A stretch of 64,000 nucleotides of DNA. It comes from Minisyncoccota bacterium. GTDB lineage: Bacteria; Patescibacteriota; Minisyncoccia; Phycocordibacterales; UBA9973. The stretch lies in the NCBI GenBank assembly GCA_041663185.1, contig JBAZQY010000002.1, positions 10,629 to 74,628 on the forward strand, read 5' to 3'. The notes under the pieces are model-generated. The model was given only the letters and a program-made list of their open reading frames with translations, was not told where the DNA came from and ran no database searches. Made by a program: the position numbers and the translations under genes. This document shows positions 8,969-17,991 of this stretch, in pieces. Position 1 is the first letter of the stretch; each line of letters starts with the position of its first letter.

Positions 8969-10237
8969 ATGCCTATTATTGTAATTTTATCAATTATCCC
9001 AGTTATTATTTGGATATTTTTGGAACCAATTGGTTCGCGTTTTTCTGATTTGAATTCGATAACTACAAGCCTGGGTCAGATTCTGGGATTAGTTGGAATG
9101 ACTCTTTTTTCGATTAATCTTATTTTAGCTGGGAGATTAAAAATTCTTGATAAATATTTTCGAGGATTGGATAAAGTTTATATGAATCATTCGAGGATAG
9201 GAGCTCTGGCTTTTTCTTTAACTCTATTTCATCCAATTTTATTAGTTGTTAAAGTTGCCAGTTTCTCTATCAGAGATGCTAGATTATTTTTTGTTCCATT
9301 TTTGAATATGCCTGTGACCTGGGGGATAATTTCACTATTTTTGATGATTGTTTTGATTAGTTTAACTTTTTATATTAAATTAAAATATCAAGTTTGGAAA
9401 ATGTCTCACAAATTTATGACTTTTGCTTTTGCTTTTGCCGTTCTCCATGTTCTTTTTATCCAAAGCGATGTCGCTAGGAGTAGTTTACTTCGATATTATA
9501 TTTTGATTTTGGCTTTTGTCGGATTGGCCATAAGTATTCGTCAAGCATTTCTAAATAAATTTTTAAGTCAAAAATTTAAATATAAAATTATAAATATTAA
9601 AGAATTAAATAAAGAAATTATCGAGATAGAAATGGAACCAGTTAAAAATAAAATGACTTTTCAGCCTGGACAATTTGCCTTCTTTAGTTTCTTGGGCGAA
9701 GAGATTCCATCTGAGTCACATCCATTTTCTATTTCATCATCTGAGACAGAAAACAATTTAAAAATAATTGCCAAAAATTTTGGTGATTTTACGAATCAAT
9801 TAAAAAATCTAAAAATAGGAGATAATATTTCCATTGATGGTCCGTATGGGGGCTTTTCTTATAAAAAAACAACCAATAAAAATCAAATTTGGATTGCTGG
9901 TGGTATTGGGATAACTCCATTTCTAAGTATGACACAGACGCTTGAAAGTGATTATAATGTTGATTTATATTATTCAGTGAAAGAAAATAATGAAGCGGTC
10001 CACGTTGAGGATTTACAAAATATCAGAAATCAACATCCTAATTTTCAATTTAATTTATGGAACGCTAAAGATAACGGTTATATAAATGGTGGGCTAGTCT
10101 CGCATTTAAGTAAAGGCTTAGATAGTAAGGATATTTTCCTTTGCGGGCCACCTCTATTTATGGAGAATTTGAAGAATCAATTTCTTGCATTGGGAGTCGA
10201 TAGTAAAAGAATTAATTATGAAAATTTTAGTTTTTAA
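8969..10237 (+). CDS. ferric reductase-like (FRE/NOX family) transmembrane oxidoreductase with FAD/NAD(P)-binding domain
   Basis: Multiple TMs with His. QPGQFAFFSF and HPFSISS (FAD-binding) and GGIGITPF (NAD-binding) motifs. Confidence 0.7.
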   Translation: MPIIVILSIIPVIIWIFLEPIGSRFSDLNSITTSLGQILGLVGMTLFSINLILAGRLKILDKYFRGLDKVYMNHSRIGALAFSLTLFHPILLVVKVASFSIRDARLFFVPFLNMPVTWGIISLFLMIVLISLTFYIKLKYQVWKMSHKFMTFAFAFAVLHVLFIQSDVARSSLLRYYILILAFVGLAISIRQAFLNKFLSQKFKYKIINIKELNKEIIEIEMEPVKNKMTFQPGQFAFFSFLGEEIPSESHPFSISSSETENNLKIIAKNFGDFTNQLKNLKIGDNISIDGPYGGFSYKKTTNKNQIWIAGGIGITPFLSMTQTLESDYNVDLYYSVKENNEAVHVEDLQNIRNQHPNFQFNLWNAKDNGYINGGLVSHLSKGLDSKDIFLCGPPLFMENLKNQFLALGVDSKRINYENFSF

Positions 10238-10240
10238 ATT

Positions 10241-10780
10241 ATGAAAAAATTAGCAACAATATCATTGATTATATTTGGAATTGTAGTAACTGCTGTACTT
10301 TCGGCTGGTTTGGTTTTGTATCAAAACAAAAAAGATAATCAACTTGCTGGCAATCAAACGAGTAGTAAAGTGCTTGATACAATTAATCAACTTACTTCTT
10401 CTGGAAAGAATGTGGTTTTGGATATGGCAGAAATTACAAAACACAACAGACAGAATGATTGCTGGTATTTAATTAATAGCAAAGTTTATAATATCACAAG
10501 TTTTTTTGGATCACATCCAGGGGGAAATGATGTAATGACTTCTCTATGTGGAAAAGATGCGACTGCCGCTTATATGACCAAAGATTCAAACGCAACAAGT
10601 AATGGAAAAAGATCAGCTCACTCATCAGGAGCAGTTGCAATGTTGGCGAATTATTATCTAGGAGATTTTAATCAAATTATTGGTCAACAAAAAATTGCAG
10701 ACACCAATACTGTTGTAGCTCCCTCTGGTAATGGTGGTGAAGATGAAAATGAACAAGAAGATGAATATGAGGATGATTAA
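10241..10780 (+). CDS. membrane-anchored cytochrome b5-like haem-binding protein with acidic C-terminal tail
   Basis: EITKHNRQNDCWYLINSKVYNITSFFGSHPGGNDV is the cyt-b5 HPGG motif. Ends with GGEDENEQEDEYEDD. Confidence 0.7.
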   Translation: MKKLATISLIIFGIVVTAVLSAGLVLYQNKKDNQLAGNQTSSKVLDTINQLTSSGKNVVLDMAEITKHNRQNDCWYLINSKVYNITSFFGSHPGGNDVMTSLCGKDATAAYMTKDSNATSNGKRSAHSSGAVAMLANYYLGDFNQIIGQQKIADTNTVVAPSGNGGEDENEQEDEYEDD

Positions 10781-10782
10781 AT

Positions 10783-11472
10783 ATGACTCACCAAGGAAAT
10801 ATTTGGGATAGTGAATATAAAAAACCATTACTTGTGACAAAAAAAGATGGACCACAAGCGGATACCTTGCGGTTTTTGAAGTTTTTAAAAAAAGAAGAAA
10901 AGTATAAAGTAGAAGATAGAACAATTCTTGATCTTGGCTGTGGAACAGGTCGGAATGCAAATTATTTGGCAGGTCTCGGAAATAAAGTTATTGGAATTGA
11001 AATTTCAAAAACTGCTTTGGAAATTGCCCGAGCTCGCGCCCGCGAGCTCGGGCTTCTAGTTGATTACCATCTGGGTGATATCGGAGAACCTTATGATATA
11101 CCTGATGATTATGTTGATATAGTTCTTGATGTCACGAGCTCAAATTCTCTTAATGAAAAAGGTAGAGAAGTTTACTTAAAAGAAACCAATAGGGTATTAA
11201 AGCAAGGTGGGTATTTTTTTGTAAGAGCACTAGCAAAAGATGGAAATAAAAATGTCAAAAATTTACTTAAAAATAGCCCAGGCACAGAATACGATACTTA
11301 TATAATTAAAGAAATAGGCTTAACCGAAAGGGTTTTTTCCAGACAAGATTTTATAAAAATGTATAGTCAATTTTTCAAAATTTTACAACTAGAAAAGAAA
11401 ACAAATTATACGACCTTTAATAATCGTATTTATAAGCGGGATTATTGGCTGGCTTATCTGCAGAAACGATAA
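10783..11472 (+). CDS. class I SAM-dependent methyltransferase
   Basis: ILDLGCGTGRNANYLAGLGNKVIGIEIS is the motif I glycine-rich loop. Confidence 0.7.
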   Translation: MTHQGNIWDSEYKKPLLVTKKDGPQADTLRFLKFLKKEEKYKVEDRTILDLGCGTGRNANYLAGLGNKVIGIEISKTALEIARARARELGLLVDYHLGDIGEPYDIPDDYVDIVLDVTSSNSLNEKGREVYLKETNRVLKQGGYFFVRALAKDGNKNVKNLLKNSPGTEYDTYIIKEIGLTERVFSRQDFIKMYSQFFKILQLEKKTNYTTFNNRIYKRDYWLAYLQKR

Positions 11473-11488
11473 ATGCTATAATTAAAAG

Positions 11489-12346
11489 ATGGTTATCAAT
11501 ATTGGCGTGTTTGACTCGGGGGTTGGGGGATTATGGATACTGAAATATCTTCGAGAAAAATTACCAGAATACAACTACATATTTTTAGGAGATCAAGCTC
11601 ATGTGCCGTATGGCTCAAGGTCTCAACAGGAGATTCAAATATTTTCAGAAGAAATTTCAAAGTTTTTAATCAGTAAAGATTGCCAATTAATCGTAGTGGC
11701 TTGTAATACGGCTTCTGGGGCATCACTGAAATATCTACGTGAGAAATTTCCACAAATTCCTTTTGTTGGAATGGAGCCAGCCATAAAGCCAGCAGTTGAG
11801 GTAACAGAAACTGGTAAGGTGGGAGTACTGGCTACACCAGCGACATTTGAAGGTGAACTCTATAATTCTGTTGTGGAAAGATTTTCTCACGGCGTCGAAT
11901 TATTTCAAAATACTTGTTCTGGGTTAGTTGAAGAAATAGAAAAAGGGGAATTGGATTCAAAAGAAACAAAAAATATATTAGAAAAGGCTCTCCGGCCAAT
12001 GCTTGAAAAGGGGATTGATACTGTTGTTCTTGGTTGTACACATTACCCATTTGTAATTCCGGTGATAAAAGAAATTGTTGGAGAAAAAATTAAGGTTATT
12101 GACCCAACCCCGGCAATTACTCGCCAAGTTGGGAAGATTTTAGATGATATAGAATTAGATGAGATAGAGCAAGGTGAACTAGATCTAGCGGACGAACTTT
12201 CTGAAGATGAAATTAAAAAAGGAATTACTGAAATATATACCTCCGGTGATAAAGAAAAAATGGAATTATTATTACCAGAATTATTGGGGGAAGGGATTAA
12301 TGTAAAAAAAATAGATTGGGAAAATGATTTAAAATTATTATATTAA
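11489..12346 (+). CDS. murI: glutamate racemase with acidic C-terminal extension
   Basis: VFDSGVGGL, VACNTAS and GCTHYP active-site motifs. Confidence 0.85.
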   Translation: MVINIGVFDSGVGGLWILKYLREKLPEYNYIFLGDQAHVPYGSRSQQEIQIFSEEISKFLISKDCQLIVVACNTASGASLKYLREKFPQIPFVGMEPAIKPAVEVTETGKVGVLATPATFEGELYNSVVERFSHGVELFQNTCSGLVEEIEKGELDSKETKNILEKALRPMLEKGIDTVVLGCTHYPFVIPVIKEIVGEKIKVIDPTPAITRQVGKILDDIELDEIEQGELDLADELSEDEIKKGITEIYTSGDKEKMELLLPELLGEGINVKKIDWENDLKLLY

Positions 12347-12355
12347 AATAAAAAA

Positions 12356-15331
12356 ATGGGTAACTTACCACAAGAATTTGAAAAAGCATACAAGGGATTA
12401 AATAAAGCCCAGAAAGAAGCGGTGGACTTAATTGATGGTCCAGTAATGGTTATTGCTGGGCCGGGAACAGGCAAGACTCAAATTTTATCACTTCGAATTG
12501 CTAATATTTTAAAAAAGACTGACACAGGAGCCGATGGTATTTTGTGCCTGACTTTTACAAATTCAGCAGTTAGAGCAATGCATGATAGATTACATAAATA
12601 TATTGGCGGTGATGCTTCTCGTGTTGATGTGCTAACTTTCCATAAATTTTCTGCACAGATAATTGAAAAATTTTATTCAGTTATTGATTTTGATGTGGCA
12701 CCTAGGGTGCTTGAAGATGCTGAGAGTGTGTCTATCTGTGATCAGATATTACGTGAAAATGATTGGACTCATATTCGACCACGAGGTGATATCGGGAGAT
12801 ATTTTAAAGAATTAAAATCTCTTATTTCTTTACTCAAGAGAGAAAGGCTAACTCCAGAAGATTTTATGATTGAAATTGAAAGTGAAATTAAAAATATTAA
12901 AGAAAATCCTGATAATATTTCGACACGTGGTGAAAGTAAGGGGAAAATGAAAAAAGAATTTTTAAGTAAAATTGAAAGTCTAGAGCGGACCAAAGAAATT
13001 GTTACTTTTTATGAGCTGTATGAAAAGAAAAAAAGAGAAGATGATTTAATGGATCATGATGATACGATAAAGTACGCCCTGCTAATCGTTGAAAATTCTG
13101 AAGAGGCTCGAGCAGAAATTCGAGAAAAATACTTGTATGTTTTAATTGATGAACATCAGGATTCAAGTGGATCTCAAAATGATTTATTAAAAGCTATTTG
13201 GAAAAAAGTTGAAAAACCAAATATTTTTGCAGTTGGTGATGATCGTCAACTTATTTACGCTTTTGGCGGAGCGAAGATGTCTCATTTTGAAGAATTTAAG
13301 AGTATGTTTGGTAAAGCCAAAATAATATTCTTGACTGACAATTATCGTTCGACAGAGAATATTCTAAATACAGCCGATGCATTACTTTCGAGTTCATTTT
13401 CTAATGAGAAGTTAGTAGCAACCCTAAAGGAAAATCATAATTTGAAATTAATAGAATGCGATTATCCACGGGAGGAAATAATTGCTTGTGGACTTGCAAT
13501 TAAAGACAAATTAGAAAAAAATGAAATTGATATAAATGATTGTGCGATTCTGGTTCCTAAAAATAGACAAGTAGTCTCAGCTATTCGAGTTTTACAAGAT
13601 ATGGGGATCAAGGTTGCTCGAGTCCAAAATCTATCTTTATTTGAGACAGATGAATTTATGACGATGTTGCGAGTTTTAAAAATTTGCACAAATAGTAATG
13701 ATTCGGTTTCAATTGCTGAATTAATTATTGATCCAATAATAGGTATCCCAATCCTTTTGGCTCATGAATTCCTGTATAACAAGCATGGGAAAAATATTAA
13801 TTTACAAAATTTACTTTCTGAGCAAGATGATCTTTTTAACAAAAATATAGAAATAAAAAATTTAATAGAAAAATTACACAACCTGGTTATTAATTCATCT
13901 GGTGTTGATGTTTATGGGTTAATTCAAATGGTAGGCGATGAAGTATTAATTAAACAAGCGAAAGATCACGAGGAACTTATCAGGCGGATTGAAGTTGTTC
14001 GGAGTTTCCTTCATTTGGCGCTTTCGTATTCTGAAAAAGATAAAAAAAATACTCTTTCGGAATTTGTTGCTTTCATTGAGCGTTTACAAGATTACGGAGA
14101 AGATATTCCACTGGCGGTATTTCAAAGTGATGAGGGAGTGAAAGTTATGACATTGCACGGGTCTAAGGGTTTGGAATTTGATTTTGTTTGGATTGCTCAT
14201 TTAGATGAAAATGGAGTAATGAAGGGTCGCCGTAGAAATTTTAAACTTCCAGAATCGATTGCTGAGAGAGTGGAAGAGAAAGATGAATTGGCTGCTAAAA
14301 GAGAGCTGTATGTAGCGATAACTAGAGCAAAGAGATTCTGCACTTTGTCATATTCAAGGTTTTCATATAATGGGCAGAATCAAGAATTGGCTAGGATTGT
14401 AGCAGATTTGTCATCTCAGAATAATCTTTTTGAGCAGTCTTCATTTTCTGAAACAGAAAGTAATATTTTGAAAAATGATCCAAAGGCGTATGTTATTTCA
14501 GAGAAGATAGAAGAAAATGTTAATGTCTTGGAAGAATTAAAAAAGATGGTTGCTAAAGAATATACCGAAGCAAATGTTTCAGTCTCACTACTAAATAACT
14601 TTTTTGAATGTCCACGAAAATGGTATTTTAGAAATTTATTAAAATTGCCAGAGCCCAAAAGTGAAAGTTTGGAATTTGGTAATTTGATTCATGGTGCTAT
14701 TGATAAAATATTGAAATCTAAAAAAATTCCATCAGGGAAAGATATTGAAGATTTAGTAGTAGGAGACAAACAAGCTATTAAAATTATTTCCCGATGGGTA
14801 GAAAATAGATTACCCAACATAAGCGAGAATAGAGAAAATGAAAAAAGTGTCCCCATTCATGATGATTTATTTCCACACTTAAAAATTTATGGAAAAATAG
14901 ATTTAGTTGAAGAATTATCACCTAAAGATGTCAGAGTAACTGATTTTAAAACGGGTAGCCCAAGGAAAAAATCAGATATTGAGAGGATGGATGAAGACCC
15001 GGCCTTCTTCCAAGAATTCGGCGAGGCAAGAGGACGTATGAGTGATTATATGCGTCAACTTGCGATGTATTCATATTTATTAACAAAAAGTAAACAATCA
15101 GTAAATGTTCAAGAATCTAGATTAGAATTTCTGGAAGCAAAAGATGAAAAAGAAACTTTTTACGATACAGTAATTGGTAAAGAAAAAATTGATTTATTGA
15201 TTAATGATATCAAAGACTATGATAATTTAGTTAAAGGCGGAGAATGGTTTAATAGACCATGTAATTTTAAAACTTACGGGAAAATTGGGGCTGAGTGTGA
15301 ATATTGTAAAATGGCAGAGATATATAAATAA
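12356..15331 (+). CDS. UvrD/PcrA-family helicase fused to a C-terminal PD-(D/E)xK nuclease domain with a Cys cluster (AddB/Cas4-like)
   Basis: Walker A AGPGTGKTQ, helicase motifs (TFHKFS, DEHQD, GDDRQ). C-terminal CPRKWYF ... CNFKTYGKIGAECEYC gives one N-terminal plus three C-terminal Cys, as in 4Fe-4S staple nucleases. Confidence 0.7.
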   Translation: MGNLPQEFEKAYKGLNKAQKEAVDLIDGPVMVIAGPGTGKTQILSLRIANILKKTDTGADGILCLTFTNSAVRAMHDRLHKYIGGDASRVDVLTFHKFSAQIIEKFYSVIDFDVAPRVLEDAESVSICDQILRENDWTHIRPRGDIGRYFKELKSLISLLKRERLTPEDFMIEIESEIKNIKENPDNISTRGESKGKMKKEFLSKIESLERTKEIVTFYELYEKKKREDDLMDHDDTIKYALLIVENSEEARAEIREKYLYVLIDEHQDSSGSQNDLLKAIWKKVEKPNIFAVGDDRQLIYAFGGAKMSHFEEFKSMFGKAKIIFLTDNYRSTENILNTADALLSSSFSNEKLVATLKENHNLKLIECDYPREEIIACGLAIKDKLEKNEIDINDCAILVPKNRQVVSAIRVLQDMGIKVARVQNLSLFETDEFMTMLRVLKICTNSNDSVSIAELIIDPIIGIPILLAHEFLYNKHGKNINLQNLLSEQDDLFNKNIEIKNLIEKLHNLVINSSGVDVYGLIQMVGDEVLIKQAKDHEELIRRIEVVRSFLHLALSYSEKDKKNTLSEFVAFIERLQDYGEDIPLAVFQSDEGVKVMTLHGSKGLEFDFVWIAHLDENGVMKGRRRNFKLPESIAERVEEKDELAAKRELYVAITRAKRFCTLSYSRFSYNGQNQELARIVADLSSQNNLFEQSSFSETESNILKNDPKAYVISEKIEENVNVLEELKKMVAKEYTEANVSVSLLNNFFECPRKWYFRNLLKLPEPKSESLEFGNLIHGAIDKILKSKKIPSGKDIEDLVVGDKQAIKIISRWVENRLPNISENRENEKSVPIHDDLFPHLKIYGKIDLVEELSPKDVRVTDFKTGSPRKKSDIERMDEDPAFFQEFGEARGRMSDYMRQLAMYSYLLTKSKQSVNVQESRLEFLEAKDEKETFYDTVIGKEKIDLLINDIKDYDNLVKGGEWFNRPCNFKTYGKIGAECEYCKMAEIYK

Positions 15332-15344
15332 AAGATAATTTATA

Positions 15345-15386
15345 AAAATATAACATTTGAAAAAAGTTACAAAAATGTTATATTTT
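15345..15386. promoter_or_regulatory. 14-bp perfect inverted repeat (AAAATATAACATTT / AAATGTTATATTTT, 14-bp spacer) ending 4 nt before the pheS start codon
   Basis: Read directly. Overlaps the expected RBS region of pheS. Confidence 0.35.
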
Positions 15387-15390
15387 ATAT

Positions 15391-16104
15391 ATGGAAGAAG
15401 AGAAACAAAAAGGAAAAGAACACCCGCTTGGAATAGTGATCAATGACGCAGTCAAGATTTTTTCTGATCTTGGTTTTGAAGTAGCGACAGGGCCAGAACT
15501 CGAAGACGAATGGCATAATTTTGATGCCTTAAATGTTCCAGCGGATCATCCGGCTCGTGACATGCAAGATACTTTTTGGATAAAAAATAAACCAGGATAT
15601 GTTTTACGGACTCATACTTCACCAGTCCAAATTAGATTTATGGAAAATTTAGTGAAATCGGGAGGTAAGCCACCATTTGCGATTATTGCTCCCGGAAAAG
15701 TTTTTCGTAATGAAGCGACCGATGCAGGGCACGAAATGCAATTTTATCAATTGGAAGGTTTAATGATTGGAGAAGATATTTCAGTTGCAAATTTAAAAGG
15801 AATTTTATTTGAATTCTTCAAAAGATTTTTTGGTGAAGAAAAAGTTGGCATTCGACTTCGTCCAAGTTTTTTTCCATTCGTTGAACCAGGATTTGAAGTT
15901 GATTTGAAAAAAGGAGATAAATGGTTTGAACTCTTGGGAGCTGGTATGGTGCATCCGAAAGTTCTTGAAAATTGTGGGATTGATTCAAAAAAATACCAAG
16001 GTTTTGCTTTTGGCGTCGGGCTTGACCGACTGATGATGATGAAATACAAAGTTCCAGACATACGATTAGTTTATCAAGGAGACTTAAGATTAAATCAATT
16101 TTAA
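15391..16104 (+). CDS. pheS: phenylalanine--tRNA ligase alpha subunit (short form)
   Basis: [21 protein letters not shown] and [10 protein letters not shown] class II synthetase motifs. Confidence 0.85.
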   Translation: MEEEKQKGKEHPLGIVINDAVKIFSDLGFEVATGPELEDEWHNFDALNVPADHPARDMQDTFWIKNKPGYVLRTHTSPVQIRFMENLVKSGGKPPFAIIAPGKVFRNEATDAGHEMQFYQLEGLMIGEDISVANLKGILFEFFKRFFGEEKVGIRLRPSFFPFVEPGFEVDLKKGDKWFELLGAGMVHPKVLENCGIDSKKYQGFAFGVGLDRLMMMKYKVPDIRLVYQGDLRLNQF

Positions 16105-16107
16105 TTT

Positions 16108-17895
16108 ATGTTAATTTCTTATAAATGGTTAAAAAGTTATGTTCCCGATTTACCTTCACCTGAAAAATTGGCGGATATTTTTAATTTTCATATTTGTGAA
16201 GTAGAAGAGGTAAAAAATGTCGGAGAAGATACAATTTTTGATATTAAAATTTTGCCAGACCGAGCGCATGATTTACTCTCTCACAGGGGAGTGGCTCGTG
16301 ACTTGGCTGGAATTTTGGGATTAAAATATAATGATATCAATTATCCGAAAATTGAAGGAGAAAAGACAAATCTCGAAATCAAAATTGAGACGGAAAATTG
16401 TCGCAGATATATTGGGCGAATTGTGCAGAATGTTAAAGTTGAACAATCGCCTAATTGGGTCAAAGAACATTTGGCTTCTGTGGGCCAAAGATCAATCAAT
16501 AATCTTGTCGATGCTACCAATATCGTAATGTTTGACAGAGGAAATCCGACCCATATTTTTGATTTGGAAAAAGTCCATGGAAAAATAATAATTCGTCAGG
16601 CTCATAAGGGAGAAAAGATGATGACTTTAGATAATAAAGAAGTGGAACTCAGGGATTCCGATATGGTGATTGCCGATGAGAAAAATATTTTGGCTCTTGC
16701 CGGAATAAAAGGCGGAAAAATTGCCGAAGTGGATGAAAATACCAAGAACATAATTATTGAAGTCGCAAATTTTAATCCGACGAGTGTCAGGAGAACTGCA
16801 CGCGCAATAAATATTTATACTGATGCCGTTAAAAGATTTGAAAATGATTTATCTCCCCTTATGGCAGATTCTTCGATGAATGATATGTCGGCTCTGATAA
16901 AAGAAATGTGTCCCGAGGCTATTTTCGAAGAGATGATAGATCAATATAGAGAGAAACAGGAACAGAAAAAACTTTCTTTTTCAATAGAAAAGATTTCAAA
17001 AATATTAGGAATGAATCTTTCAATTTCCGAAGTAAAAAAAGTTTTGGACAATTTCGATTTTGAATACAAAAACAATGAAAATAATTTCGAAGTTGTTATT
17101 CCTTTTGCGCGATTGGATTTGAATATAGAAGAAGATATGGCTGAAGAAATAGGCCGAGCAATTGGTTATGACAAGATTAATGCCGAGTTGCCGAAAATTA
17201 AAAAAGTTGTGCGAGTTGATGAGACCTTCTATAAAATTCTTTGGACACGTAATAAATTGCTCGAGGATGGTTACTCTGAAGTTATGAACTACGCATTTTG
17301 TGATAAGGGGGAAGTAGAAGTATTGGCTTCGGCATCTGATAAAAAATTTCTCAGGACAAATCTAAAAAATGGGATAGAAGAAAGTATCAAACTTAATCAA
17401 TTAAATTTACCGCTGTTGGGAGCAGATGAAGTGAAAATTTTTGAAGTTGGAACTGTTTTTCATAAACATGGGGAAGTTATCCATGTCTGTTATGGAGATA
17501 AGAAAAATATTACTGAAGTAACCCTTGATGAATTTTGTCGTGATATACCAATGACTGAGCTAGATGCTCTTTTAGAAAAACTAAACAGCAAAGATCAAGA
17601 ATTAAAAATTTTTGAATCATGGTCGGTTTACCCATTTATCACTCGAGACATTGCTGTCTGGGTTCCCGAGGGGACAAAACCAGAAAAACTTGTCCAAGTT
17701 TATAAAGATTTTGGAACTGAACTTCTAATTAAGGAACCAAGATTGTTTGATTCATTCACTAAAGATAAAAAAACATCCTTCGCTTATCGTTTAGTGTTCC
17801 AAGCGATTGATCGAACTCTGACTGATGACGAAATTAATCAAATTATGTCAAAAATTACCCAAAAAATCGTGTCTTTAGGATGGCAAGTTAGATAG
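16108..17895 (+). CDS. pheT: phenylalanine--tRNA ligase beta subunit (short form)
   Basis: MLISYKWLKSYVP start typical of PheT. B3/4 and B5 regions. Directly follows pheS. Confidence 0.8.
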   Translation: MLISYKWLKSYVPDLPSPEKLADIFNFHICEVEEVKNVGEDTIFDIKILPDRAHDLLSHRGVARDLAGILGLKYNDINYPKIEGEKTNLEIKIETENCRRYIGRIVQNVKVEQSPNWVKEHLASVGQRSINNLVDATNIVMFDRGNPTHIFDLEKVHGKIIIRQAHKGEKMMTLDNKEVELRDSDMVIADEKNILALAGIKGGKIAEVDENTKNIIIEVANFNPTSVRRTARAINIYTDAVKRFENDLSPLMADSSMNDMSALIKEMCPEAIFEEMIDQYREKQEQKKLSFSIEKISKILGMNLSISEVKKVLDNFDFEYKNNENNFEVVIPFARLDLNIEEDMAEEIGRAIGYDKINAELPKIKKVVRVDETFYKILWTRNKLLEDGYSEVMNYAFCDKGEVEVLASASDKKFLRTNLKNGIEESIKLNQLNLPLLGADEVKIFEVGTVFHKHGEVIHVCYGDKKNITEVTLDEFCRDIPMTELDALLEKLNSKDQELKIFESWSVYPFITRDIAVWVPEGTKPEKLVQVYKDFGTELLIKEPRLFDSFTKDKKTSFAYRLVFQAIDRTLTDDEINQIMSKITQKIVSLGWQVR

Positions 17896-17920
17896 ATAAA
17901 AATTTCTTGTGTTATCCACA

Positions 17921-17958
17921 GAAAAACGTTAAATAACTACAATTATTTAACGTTTTTT
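17921..17958. terminator. bidirectional rho-independent terminator after pheT
   Basis: AACGTTAAATAA-ctacaa-TTATTTAACGTT 12-bp perfect stem flanked by an A-run and a T-run. Confidence 0.6.
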
Positions 17959-17991
17959 GTTTGTTGATATGATATAATATAGTTGTATATT

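Noticed and set aside
17911-17922. DnaA boxes as a replication origin
   Set aside because: There are only isolated single boxes, with no cluster, no AT-rich DUE adjacent to multiple boxes, and no dnaA/dnaN nearby.
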